Assembly: GCF_003334385.1 (NCBI RefSeq)
Contig: NZ_QOWN01000007.1
DNA length: 64,000 nt
Strand: one strand, 5' to 3'
Source: Escherichia coli
GTDB lineage: Bacteria; Pseudomonadota; Gammaproteobacteria; Enterobacterales; Enterobacteriaceae
The notes beneath the pieces were generated by a model, which saw nothing but the letters and a program-made list of their open reading frames with translations, had not been told where the DNA came from and searched no databases. Shown piece by piece: positions 42,069 through 51,284 of the stretch (the stretch's first letter is position 1; each line of letters starts with the position of its first letter). A program made the translations under genes and the position numbers.

Positions 42069-45000
42069 ATGAGCAAACAATCACAGCATGTATTAATTGC
42101 CCTGCCCCACCCGCTGCTTCACCTGGTCAGTTTAGGTTTAGTCTCGTTTATCTTTACCCTTTTCTCGCTTGAGCTTTCGCAGTTTGGCACCCAACTCGCC
42201 CCACTGTGGTTCCCGACGTCCATCATGATGGTGGCGTTTTATCGCCATGCCGGGCGCATGTGGCCGGGAATTGCGCTGAGCTGTTCGCTGGGAAATATCG
42301 CCGCATCCATCCTGCTTTTTTCCACCAGCTCGCTGAACATGACCTGGACGACCATCAATATTGTTGAAGCCGTGGTCGGGGCAGTGCTGCTACGTAAATT
42401 GCTGCCGTGGTATAACCCCTTGCAAAATCTGGCTGACTGGCTGCGTCTGGCACTCGGCAGCGCCATTGTTCCGCCTCTGTTGGGGGGGGTTCTGGTTGTC
42501 CTGCTGACGCCCGGAGACGATCCTCTCAGGGCATTTTTGATATGGGTACTGTCAGAATCCATCGGCGCTCTGGCACTGGTGCCGCTGGGATTGTTATTTA
42601 AACCACACTATCTGCTGCGCCATCGCAACCCACGGTTGCTTTTTGAGTCGCTGCTCACGTTAGCCATCACACTGACGTTAAGCTGGCTTTCGATGCTGTA
42701 TCTGCCGTGGCCTTTTACTTTCATTATTGTGCTGTTGATGTGGAGCGCCGTGCGTCTGCCACGAATGGAAGCCTTTTTGATCTTCCTTACCACGGTGATG
42801 ATGGTGTCGCTGATGATGGCCGCGGATCCCTCCCTGCTTGCTACGCCGCGTACGTACCTGATGAGCCATATGCCGTGGCTACCGTTTTTGCTGATCCTGC
42901 TGCCCGCCAACATCATGACCATGGTGATGTATGCCTTTCGTGCGGAACGCAAACACATTTCCGAAAGCGAAACCCACTTTCGGAACGCGATGGAATATTC
43001 CGCTATCGGTATGGCGTTAGTGGGCACCGAGGGACAATGGCTGCAAACCAACAAAGCGCTCTGCCAGTTTCTCGGGTACAGTCAGGAAGAGCTGCGCGGA
43101 CTCACCTTTCAGCAACTGACCTGGCCGGAGGATCTCAATAAAGATCTCCAACAGGTTGAAAAGCTGATAAGCGGTGAAATAAACACCTATTCAATGGAAA
43201 AACGCTACTACAACCGCAATGGCGATGTTGTCTGGGCGTTGCTTGCCGTCTCACTGGTGCGCCACACGGATGGCACGCCGCTCTATTTTATCGCTCAGAT
43301 TGAAGACATTAACGAGCTAAAACGCACCGAACAGGTCAATCAGCAACTGATGGAGCGCATCACTCTGGCTAACGAAGCGGGCGGGATTGGCATCTGGGAG
43401 TGGGAGTTGAAGCCGAATATTTTTAGCTGGGATAAGCGGATGTTCGAGCTGTATGAAATTCCTCCACATATCAAACCGAACTGGCAGGTGTGGTACGAGT
43501 GCGTGCTGCCGGAAGATCGCCAGCATGCCGAAAAAGTGATTCGTGATTCGTTGCAATCACGCTCGCCCTTTAAACTGGAATTTCGCATTACCGTAAAAGA
43601 CGGTATTCGCCATATCCGCGCCCTCGCCAACCGGGTACTGAATAAAGAAGGCGAAGTCGAACGTCTCCTCGGCATCAATATGGATATGACCGAAGTGAAA
43701 CAGCTTAACGAGGCATTGTTTCAGGAAAAAGAGCGCCTGCACATTACGCTTGATTCCATCGGTGAAGCCGTGGTCTGTATTGATATGGCGATGAAAATTA
43801 CCTTTATGAATCCAGTGGCGGAGAAGATGAGCGGCTGGACGCAGGAAGAAGCGTTAGGTGTTCCGCTCCTGACGGTGTTGCATATTACTTTTGGCGACAA
43901 CGGACCATTAATGGAGAACATTTACAGTGCCGACACCTCACGTTCCGCGATCGAGCAAGATGTGGTGTTGCACTGTCGGAGCGGCGGCAGTTACGACGTG
44001 CATTACAGTATTACGCCGTTAAGTACTCTGGACGGCAGCAATATTGGTTCGGTTCTGGTGATTCAGGACGTTACCGAATCACGCAAAATGCTGCGCCAGC
44101 TGAGCTACAGCGCCTCCCATGATGCACTGACGCATCTCGCCAACCGCGCCAGTTTTGAGAAACAACTGCGTATCCTGCTGCAAACGGTAAACAGTACACA
44201 TCAGCGACATGCCCTGGTGTTTATCGATCTTGATCGCTTTAAAGCGGTGAATGACAGCGCCGGGCATGCGGCGGGTGACGCTTTGCTGCGCGAACTGGCG
44301 TCGTTAATGCTGAGTATGCTGCGTTCCAGCGACGTGCTGGCGCGACTCGGTGGGGATGAATTTGGTCTGCTGCTACCAGACTGTAATGTTGAAAGCGCGC
44401 GTTTTATCGCTACACGCATTATCAGTGCCGTGAATGACTATCACTTTATATGGGAAGGCCGTGTGCATCGGGTAGGTGCCAGTGCCGGGATTACCTTGAT
44501 TGATGACAACAATCATCAGGCGGCAGAAGTGATGTCGCAGGCTGATATCGCCTGTTATGCCTCCAAAAATGGTGGCCGGGGCCGGGTGACGGTTTACGAA
44601 CCGCAGCAAGCTGCCGCACATAGCGAACGGGCGGCGATGTCGCTTGATGAACAGTGGCGGATGATTAAAGAGAATCAGTTGATGATGCTCGCCCACGGTG
44701 TCGCTTCGCCACGGATCCCGGAAGCGCGTAATTTGTGGCTGATTTCACTTAAGCTCTGGAGTTGCGAAGGCGAGATTATTGATGAACAAACATTTCGTCG
44801 TAGCTTCAGCGATCCGGCACTTAGCCATGCTCTTGACCGACGGGTATTCCACGAATTTTTCCAGCAGGCCGCAAAAGCGGTTGCCAGTAAAGGCATAAGC
44901 ATCGCCCTCCCCCTTTCCGTTGCCGGTTTGAGTAGCGCCACGCTGGTGAATGATCTGCTTGAGCAGCTGGATAATAGCCCTCTACCACCACGGTTATTAC

Positions 45001-45386
45001 ATCTGATTATTCCGGCAGAAGCGATTTTAGATCACGCAGAAAGCGTGCAAAAACTGCGGCTGGCGGGATGTCGGATAGTGCTCAGCCAGGTGGGCCGCGA
45101 TCTGCAAATCTTCAACTCGCTGAAAGCGAATATGGCAGATTACCTGCTACTTGATGGTGAGTTATGCGCCAACGTGCAGGGTAATTTGATGGATGAGATG
45201 CTGATTACGATTATTCAGGGGCACGCTCAGCGACTCGGGGTGAAGACTATAGCCGGGCCAGTCGTTTTACCCTTAGTGATGGATACGCTTTCGGGCATCG
45301 GCGTCGATCTGATTTATGGTGATGTGATTGCCGATGCCCAACCGCTGGATTTGCTGGTGAATAGTAGTTATTTCGCGATTAACTGA
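42069..45386 (+). CDS. dgcE: Diguanylate cyclase DgcE (MASE1 - PAS x3 - GGDEF - degenerate EAL)
   Basis: 1105 aa. Hydrophobic MASE1-like N-terminus. Three PAS-like blocks. RLGGDEFGLLL active site with an RSSD (RxxD) I-site five residues upstream. The C-terminal EAL-like domain lacks the EAL, DDFGTG and EGVE motifs (ISLKLW, SQVGRD, AGPV in their place). Confidence 0.95.
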   Translation: MSKQSQHVLIALPHPLLHLVSLGLVSFIFTLFSLELSQFGTQLAPLWFPTSIMMVAFYRHAGRMWPGIALSCSLGNIAASILLFSTSSLNMTWTTINIVEAVVGAVLLRKLLPWYNPLQNLADWLRLALGSAIVPPLLGGVLVVLLTPGDDPLRAFLIWVLSESIGALALVPLGLLFKPHYLLRHRNPRLLFESLLTLAITLTLSWLSMLYLPWPFTFIIVLLMWSAVRLPRMEAFLIFLTTVMMVSLMMAADPSLLATPRTYLMSHMPWLPFLLILLPANIMTMVMYAFRAERKHISESETHFRNAMEYSAIGMALVGTEGQWLQTNKALCQFLGYSQEELRGLTFQQLTWPEDLNKDLQQVEKLISGEINTYSMEKRYYNRNGDVVWALLAVSLVRHTDGTPLYFIAQIEDINELKRTEQVNQQLMERITLANEAGGIGIWEWELKPNIFSWDKRMFELYEIPPHIKPNWQVWYECVLPEDRQHAEKVIRDSLQSRSPFKLEFRITVKDGIRHIRALANRVLNKEGEVERLLGINMDMTEVKQLNEALFQEKERLHITLDSIGEAVVCIDMAMKITFMNPVAEKMSGWTQEEALGVPLLTVLHITFGDNGPLMENIYSADTSRSAIEQDVVLHCRSGGSYDVHYSITPLSTLDGSNIGSVLVIQDVTESRKMLRQLSYSASHDALTHLANRASFEKQLRILLQTVNSTHQRHALVFIDLDRFKAVNDSAGHAAGDALLRELASLMLSMLRSSDVLARLGGDEFGLLLPDCNVESARFIATRIISAVNDYHFIWEGRVHRVGASAGITLIDDNNHQAAEVMSQADIACYASKNGGRGRVTVYEPQQAAAHSERAAMSLDEQWRMIKENQLMMLAHGVASPRIPEARNLWLISLKLWSCEGEIIDEQTFRRSFSDPALSHALDRRVFHEFFQQAAKAVASKGISIALPLSVAGLSSATLVNDLLEQLDNSPLPPRLLHLIIPAEAILDHAESVQKLRLAGCRIVLSQVGRDLQIFNSLKANMADYLLLDGELCANVQGNLMDEMLITIIQGHAQRLGVKTIAGPVVLPLVMDTLSGIGVDLIYGDVIADAQPLDLLVNSSYFAIN

Positions 45387-45403
45387 GGGAGCGTTTGCCC
45401 ATT

Positions 45404-45496
45404 GCCTGATGCGACGCTAACGCGTCTTATCAGGCCTACAAATCTACAAATCGCTCATTCTCCAGGCCGGATAAGGCGCTCGCACCGCATCCGGCG
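45404..45496. repeat. REP pair between dgcE and alkA
   Basis: GCCTGATGCGACGCTAACGCGTCTTATCAGGCCTAC (45404-45439) and inverted AGGCCGGATAAGGCGCTCGCACCGCATCCGGCG (45464-45496). Confidence 0.85.
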
Positions 45497-45503
45497 ACCA
45501 ACG

Positions 45504-46352
45504 TCATGCTTCGTCTGGTTGCCAGCCTTCCGTATACCAGATATGCAACAGCGCATAAGAGCGCCAGGGCTTCCAGCGTTCGGCATAACGGCGGATTTGT
45601 GCTGGTGTCATTCCCGGAAATCGCTGTTTAATCAGATAATCATCCGGCAGGAAAACATCTTTCGCCTGCCAGTCACGCAAAGCGAAATAATTCGCCGTCC
45701 AGCGCCCGATACCCGGAAAAGTTTGCAGCGTTTTCATCGCTTGTTCTACGTCGCCCGGTATTGTCATTGGTAAGGTGCCCTCCAGCGCCGCATTTGCCAG
45801 ATGAATCAGTGCCTCTGCCCGTTTCAACGGCATGCCTAACGCTTTTAATGCCTGCGGGTCTGCTGCTGCCAGCCGCTGAGGCGTGGGGAAGCAGATATAC
45901 TCCGGAAAATCATCCAGCCGTTCGCCATAAAGCTGTGCCACTTTGGCGGTCAATTTTGCCGCCATCGCCACGCTCACCAGTTGGCCTAAAATGGCACGCA
46001 CGCCCTGTTCAAAAGCATCAACACAGCCGGGTAAACGCAATCCGGGCCGCGCCGCGCCTAACTTGCCCAACGCACCGTTAACAATCTGCGGGTTACATTG
46101 CAGATCAAGCAGGCGGCTCATTTTCGCCATACACTCAGCGGCAACGGGTTCTAAACCTGCACTTAAATTTATGTGCAGAGTATGGCGGGCTATATCCGGA
46201 ATAGCAGTCACCACGCCGCGATATTCGCCCACCGCCAGACTACGGGCATAATAACTGTCCGCGACAGTTTCCACACCACTCACCGCACGGGCGGCGAGAA
46301 ATCCCAACATCCACGACCAGTCATACGGCGGCTGCCAGTTCAGGGTATACAT
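45504..46352 (-). CDS. alkA: 3-methyladenine DNA glycosylase II
   Basis: 282 aa. MYTLNWQPPYDWSWMLGFLAARAVSGVETV... HhH-GPD region LQTFPGIGRWTANYFALR. Confidence 0.96.
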   Translation of the reverse strand: MYTLNWQPPYDWSWMLGFLAARAVSGVETVADSYYARSLAVGEYRGVVTAIPDIARHTLHINLSAGLEPVAAECMAKMSRLLDLQCNPQIVNGALGKLGAARPGLRLPGCVDAFEQGVRAILGQLVSVAMAAKLTAKVAQLYGERLDDFPEYICFPTPQRLAAADPQALKALGMPLKRAEALIHLANAALEGTLPMTIPGDVEQAMKTLQTFPGIGRWTANYFALRDWQAKDVFLPDDYLIKQRFPGMTPAQIRRYAERWKPWRSYALLHIWYTEGWQPDEA

Positions 46353-46399
46353 CGCATCTCCTTGTTAATCCGCTTTCAGCATAAACGTTATTCAGACGC

Positions 46400-46418
46400 T
46401 ACGCTTTGCTTTCATATT
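46400..46418 (-). promoter_or_regulatory. Ada-binding site of the alkA promoter
   Basis: The minus strand reads AATATGAAAGCAAAGCGTA. It fits AAT-N6-GCAA and matches 12 of 13 positions of the older AAANNAAAGCGCA consensus (both as I recall them). It lies 48-66 nt upstream of the alkA ATG. Confidence 0.5.
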
Positions 46419-46485
46419 CCGGTTGTCGCGACGGCAACATTTCGCTAAAGTCACGCCCCTTCTTCACCGGCATGGGGATTATTTC

Positions 46486-47838
46486 GTGTTTATTGGTTTT
46501 GATTACGGTACAGCAAACTGTTCAGTGGCGGTCATGCGTGACGGTAAACCGCACTTGCTAAAAATGGAAAACGACAGCACGCTGCTGCCTTCAATGCTTT
46601 GCGCGCCAACGCGTGAAGCGGTAAGCGAATGGCTGTACCGCCATCATGATGTTCCGGCAGACGACGATGAAACGCAGGCGCTGTTGCGTCGGGCGATTCG
46701 TTATAACCGCGAAGAAGATATCGATGTTACGGCGAAAAGCGTGCAGTTCGGTCTTTCCTCACTGGCACAGTACATTGATGATCCAGAAGAAGTGTGGTTT
46801 GTGAAATCACCAAAATCGTTCCTCGGTGCCAGCGGCTTAAAACCGCAGCAGGTAGCGCTGTTTGAGGATCTGGTCTGCGCAATGATGTTGCACATTCGCC
46901 AACAGGCGCAGGCTCAACTGCCGGAGGCAATTACTCAGGCAGTGATTGGTCGCCCGATCAACTTCCAGGGGCTTGGCGGCGATGAAGCAAACGCCCAGGC
47001 GCAAGGGATTCTGGAACGCGCGGCGAAGCGTGCCGGATTCAGGGACGTGGTATTCCAGTACGAGCCGGTCGCGGCTGGGCTGGATTACGAAGCCACCTTG
47101 CAGGAAGAAAAACGGGTGCTGGTGGTGGATATCGGCGGTGGTACGACTGACTGTTCATTGCTGCTGATGGGGCCGCAGTGGCGTTCGCGTCTCGATCGTG
47201 AAGCCAGCCTGCTGGGTCACAGTGGTTGCCGTATTGGCGGTAACGATCTGGACATCGCACTGGCGTTTAAAAACCTGATGCCGTTACTGGGCATGGGTGG
47301 CGAAACCGAAAAAGGCATCGCCCTGCCGATTCTGCCGTGGTGGAATGCGGTTGCCATCAACGACGTACCTGCGCAGAGTGATTTCTACAGTAGTGCCAAC
47401 GGTCGTCTGCTTAACGATCTGGTACGCGATGCCCGCGAACCGGAAAAAGTGGCCCTGCTACAGAAAGTCTGGCGTCAGCGTTTAAGCTATCGCCTGGTGC
47501 GTAGCGCAGAAGAGAGCAAAATTGCTCTTTCCAGCACTGCGGAAACCCGCGCCTCACTGCCGTTTATTAGCGATGAACTGGCTACGCTGATTAGCCAGCA
47601 AGGGCTGGAAAGCGCCCTCAGCCAGCCACTGGCGCGGATTCTGGAACAGGTGCAACTGGCCCTGGATAACGCCCAGGAAAAACCGGACGTTATATACCTG
47701 ACCGGCGGTAGCGCCCGTTCGCCGCTGATTAAAAAAGCGCTGGCAGAACAGTTGCCGGGCATTCCGATTGCAGGCGGCGATGACTTTGGCTCCGTCACCG
47801 CCGGGCTGGCACGCTGGGCGGAAGTGGTGTTTCGTTAA
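46486..47838 (+). CDS. yegD: Hsp70/actin-fold ATPase YegD
   Basis: The track ORF starts at 46423. The conserved Hsp70 N-terminal phosphate-1 motif (V)FIGFDYGTANCSVAV begins at the GTG at 46486, giving 450 aa. Second phosphate motif VVDIGGGTTDCSLL. Confidence 0.9.
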   Translation: MFIGFDYGTANCSVAVMRDGKPHLLKMENDSTLLPSMLCAPTREAVSEWLYRHHDVPADDDETQALLRRAIRYNREEDIDVTAKSVQFGLSSLAQYIDDPEEVWFVKSPKSFLGASGLKPQQVALFEDLVCAMMLHIRQQAQAQLPEAITQAVIGRPINFQGLGGDEANAQAQGILERAAKRAGFRDVVFQYEPVAAGLDYEATLQEEKRVLVVDIGGGTTDCSLLLMGPQWRSRLDREASLLGHSGCRIGGNDLDIALAFKNLMPLLGMGGETEKGIALPILPWWNAVAINDVPAQSDFYSSANGRLLNDLVRDAREPEKVALLQKVWRQRLSYRLVRSAEESKIALSSTAETRASLPFISDELATLISQQGLESALSQPLARILEQVQLALDNAQEKPDVIYLTGGSARSPLIKKALAEQLPGIPIAGGDDFGSVTAGLARWAEVVFR

Positions 47839-47847
47839 TTGAAAAAT

Positions 47848-47891
47848 GGCTCAGCAGCGGCTTAAATCTGCCTGCGCCTGAGCCAGTTTTT
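47848..47891 (+). terminator. Candidate intrinsic terminator for yegD, embedded in the 3' codons of convergent yegI
   Basis: GGCTCAG (47848-54) pairs with CTGAGCC (47878-84) and is followed by AGTTTTT. The loop is long (23 nt), so the structure is only moderately convincing. Confidence 0.35.
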
Positions 47892-49797
47892 CTGCCGCCT
47901 GACGTAACGGTTCCATCAACGGCATGGTCCGTGCTGGCGCATGAAGGCGGAATCGCTGCAACTCTGTCGCGCCGACAGTCAACGTCGATTCCAGCCGATG
48001 TCGTTTGGCGGCCATTTTAGTCATTACCGCTTGTCTGTCTGCAGGCGTTACCGCTTCGTTCGGCCTGAACACAAAACGGCGTTCACAGCTCGCTTTCCAG
48101 TCGATAACCGCCTGGGTCAGATGGTCGCCAAACCCTTTCACTTGCTTAACGCCACGACGGGTAACATCTGCTGCTGTTTCAATACCAAAGGACCGTAACG
48201 CCGCTTTACGCGCAGGGCCAACACCGGGAATAGAGGCAACATCAATAAAAAATCTCTCCAGAAACTTCTGTTTCTGCCGTTCCCTTGCAGTGTCATGAAG
48301 TGCTGCCAGAGCGCGTTTCTCTTCTTCCGGTAACCCGAGAATTTTGTCCTTCATTTTTTCGAGCATCGCCCGTTTGGCGATAAAACCTTCCAGCCCGCCC
48401 AACTGTTGGATCTGGTTGACTAAATGGTCATAGTCCATTTTCGCGCGATTAAATACCTCACGGCGTTGCTGAACTTCTGCTTTGTACGCTTTGCTTGTCA
48501 GACTGCCAATAATCCAGATAGCCGCCAGCACAGGAACCAAAATAATATAACGCGGTTCTGCCTGAAGGCCGCAAAGCAACAGCGATAACGCTGACAGTGC
48601 GATCTCAATCAGAATGATGTATTCGCGCCGTAACAGGCCTAAAGGAAGCGGCCTGCCAGTCGGTTGGAAATGATCGGGTAATGGCAGTTGCAATGCTGGC
48701 GGCGCTACTGACGCCATCACCATCGCCCAGACTTTCGCCAGCACAAAATCACCGCTGGTGGTAATGACCTCTTCGCCGAGATCAATAAAATAGATAACGC
48801 CTTGATTATCCAGCGCACACCACGGGCAGTCAGTCAAATGAGCGGGGTAAACATGCATTGCTGAAACGGTACATTTCTTTAACTGTTGGCGTAGAGAGTC
48901 CAGTGCCGCTACCCACGCTTTAGCCGTCGGACGCCCCGTTGCCACGCCACTTTCCGTGAATGCCTGCTGAAACATGGCTTCAACATCGCCCGGTAACATC
49001 GACAGCGGAATCGATCGTGGCGGCGGTTTTAAACCACGTCGCTGATTATCTGACGCGTAGGCATAACGGAAATGGGCAATATCCGTCTCCAGCGCATTAC
49101 CCGCATCAGAGATAAGCGGCACACCAGAATAAGGATGCCGCCCACCAAACAAGACGTGAAAAATCAGCAACGCAAGGCCAAAATTATCGTGATTCGCGGT
49201 ACGTTCAAAACCGACAAATGACGACAAGGTTTGTAGCTCTGGCGGCGTAAAATGCGACACGCCGACTTCGCATAAATGCAGTGTGCCATTGGCGTTAATC
49301 TGAAAGGAGTCACTATCGATCAACACCACTTTGCTGTCGCGACCTACCATAAAGCTGTTCTGGTTTACGTCCCCCACGACGTGCCCGTGCTCGTGAACCG
49401 TAGCAAAAGATGAAGCAATATTGCGCGCAACATAGAGTAGAAAATCCCACGCACAATGAGGGTAACTCTGGCGACGATGTGCCGGGCTATAGATCATATG
49501 AATCGGTTCTTTACCAGAAACTTTTGGCATCATAAAACCGATAACTTTTCCGCCTCGTCCACCGTGAAGCGTTGCCTGCGGCCAGGCGACATAATTCAAC
49601 AACTGCGCGTCAGCTGTCGCAGCCATAAAGGCAAGTTTGTCCTGTTTTAAGGCGGGTGGCGGCGTGTGATAAATCTTGGCGACGCTATCGACAAACTCCT
49701 CGATATCATAAACCGCGCCTTCACCACCTTTGCCCAGTTCACGGCCAAGAGTGGTCAATTCACCTGTCGATGTAAATACTTTTATATTTGTTTTCAT
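47851..49797 (-). CDS. yegI: Eukaryotic-like Ser/Thr protein kinase YegI (kinase + 2 TM + coiled coil + tandem HhH)
   Basis: 648 aa. Glycine loop LGKGGEGAVYDI, VAKIY lysine, catalytic loop HGHVVGDVNQNSF, IDSDSF (DFG equivalent), FTPPE (APE equivalent). Two hydrophobic segments (YIILIEIALSALSLLLCGL, YIILVPVLAAIWIIGSL). C-terminal IPGVGPARKAALRSFGI and VKGFGDHLTQAVIDW helix-hairpin-helix-like motifs. Confidence 0.9.
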   Translation of the reverse strand: MKTNIKVFTSTGELTTLGRELGKGGEGAVYDIEEFVDSVAKIYHTPPPALKQDKLAFMAATADAQLLNYVAWPQATLHGGRGGKVIGFMMPKVSGKEPIHMIYSPAHRRQSYPHCAWDFLLYVARNIASSFATVHEHGHVVGDVNQNSFMVGRDSKVVLIDSDSFQINANGTLHLCEVGVSHFTPPELQTLSSFVGFERTANHDNFGLALLIFHVLFGGRHPYSGVPLISDAGNALETDIAHFRYAYASDNQRRGLKPPPRSIPLSMLPGDVEAMFQQAFTESGVATGRPTAKAWVAALDSLRQQLKKCTVSAMHVYPAHLTDCPWCALDNQGVIYFIDLGEEVITTSGDFVLAKVWAMVMASVAPPALQLPLPDHFQPTGRPLPLGLLRREYIILIEIALSALSLLLCGLQAEPRYIILVPVLAAIWIIGSLTSKAYKAEVQQRREVFNRAKMDYDHLVNQIQQLGGLEGFIAKRAMLEKMKDKILGLPEEEKRALAALHDTARERQKQKFLERFFIDVASIPGVGPARKAALRSFGIETAADVTRRGVKQVKGFGDHLTQAVIDWKASCERRFVFRPNEAVTPADRQAVMTKMAAKRHRLESTLTVGATELQRFRLHAPARTMPLMEPLRQAAEKLAQAQADLSRC

Positions 49798-49996
49798 AAT
49801 ATTTCGCGGGTAGTTATATTATATTTCAATGAATAATAACAACTAACCATTAAAATTATTTCTATATGGGGAAAACCCACTCAAGAATAAAAATGATAAT
49901 GCAATTTTATCAGGATACAATTCAATTTCGGCCTGATAATGATTAACTTCCACAGGTTTTTGCTAACTTTGACTACAAAGGGATTCTGGAGAAAAA

Positions 49997-50458
49997 ATGA
50001 AAAAGATATTACTTATGTTGAGTCTGCTATTTTTTACTACCGCGGGCTTTAGTGAAGTTTCGGATACGTTAGTGACGGGAGGTTATGATAAACAAGCGAT
50101 GTCTGACGCGATTAAACATGCGCGGAAAGAAACCGATAAATTCATCGAGGTTATGAATAAAAAAGATGCCGATACTTTCGCAGTCAAAGCCCCGATAACC
50201 GATCACGGAAGAACCGAGCATTTCTGGCTTACGGATGTCACTTATTCTAACGGCATGTTTATTGGCGTAATCAGCAATGACCCTGGTATTGTTACAAACG
50301 TAGAATATGGCCAGGAGTGGAAAATCAAGAAAGAAGATATTTCAGACTGGATGTATACGCGCGGGGATAAAATTTACGGCGGTTATACCATTGATCCTTT
50401 ATTGGTCACCTATCCAAAAGAAGAAGCCGACGAGCTAAGAGCAAAATTAGTTCGCTAA
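49997..50458 (+). CDS. yegJ: Secreted DUF2314-type protein YegJ
   Basis: 153 aa. Signal peptide MKKILLMLSLLFFTTAGFS. Recognisable YegJ sequence. Lower GC than its neighbours. Confidence 0.88.
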   Translation: MKKILLMLSLLFFTTAGFSEVSDTLVTGGYDKQAMSDAIKHARKETDKFIEVMNKKDADTFAVKAPITDHGRTEHFWLTDVTYSNGMFIGVISNDPGIVTNVEYGQEWKIKKEDISDWMYTRGDKIYGGYTIDPLLVTYPKEEADELRAKLVR

Positions 50459-50485
50459 TCAGCCGTTATATTTATTGTTTAAACT

Positions 50486-50513
50486 GGCGGTTGAATTGTT
50501 GTCTTCAACCGCC
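50486..50513. terminator. Perfect 10-bp hairpin between convergent yegJ and yegK (candidate bidirectional terminator)
   Basis: GGCGGTTGAA (50486-95), an 8-nt loop, then TTCAACCGCC (50504-13). A partial T-run is present only on the minus-strand side. Confidence 0.5.
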
Positions 50514-50522
50514 ATGAGAAAC

Positions 50523-51284
50523 TCACTCTGCCCACAGCGCCAGTGCCAACGTTTTATCATCATCCGTACGCTCGTTTACCGCCGGGCTGGACAAAAACTG
50601 CTTTAACAATTCAGGTAATAAATCGAGTTGTTCCTGCGTTGCTGCCGCCAGTCCATTGAAAAACGGGGTAAAGAAAGGCACATGAGGAGAATTATCCAGC
50701 ATATTTAACGCCAGTCGCTGGATACCATCCGTAAATGCTGCAACTTTGTGCGCACGCCCAGTGCTGGTGAAAGTTTCCAGTCTGGAAACGGCATCTTCGT
50801 CGGTAATGAAGTGCGTCATGTTGGCATATTCACCCGCCATCGGCGTGAGAGGCAATTGCAGACCGTGACCCAAATCTACCACCACGCCGCCATCGCCAAT
50901 CTGCATAATCAAGGTGCCGTCAGGCGATGAAATCAGTCCCAGAAATGTGCAGGCAAAATCGCGAACCGCTAATTCTTTGGCTTCCGCCTCGGCAAAAAGT
51001 CGTTGACGAATGGTCAGTACCATATTTGTGGCGAGGACATCATTAAGCCCCAATTCCCCGCCCTGCACTTTTTGCGACATATAAGCCATCGCTTCATTGA
51101 CGGCGAGCATCGCGCCTTCGCCACCCTGCGAGACACTGCCTGCGCCATCAGCGACAAATACCGACAATAATGGCTGCTGGTCATTTAACCAGGCAATCTG
51201 CATCTGGCAGGCATCCTGACAAGGCAAGTCCGCGCTGATGTGCGACGTTCCAACGGTTGATGCATAGACCAGACGCCAGCTCAC
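50523..51284 (-). CDS. yegK: PP2C-family Ser/Thr protein phosphatase YegK (PphC)
   Basis: 253 aa. [17 protein letters not shown] and FTDGIQRL metal-binding aspartate motifs of PP2C-like phosphatases. The start overlaps the yegL stop by 4 nt. Confidence 0.9.

Noticed and set aside
44640-45386. The DgcE C-terminal EAL-like domain considered as an active c-di-GMP phosphodiesterase.
   Set aside because: The catalytic signature residues are not visible: ISLKLW replaces EALxR, SQVGRD replaces DDFGTG, and AGPV replaces EGVE. I call it degenerate and make no phosphodiesterase claim.
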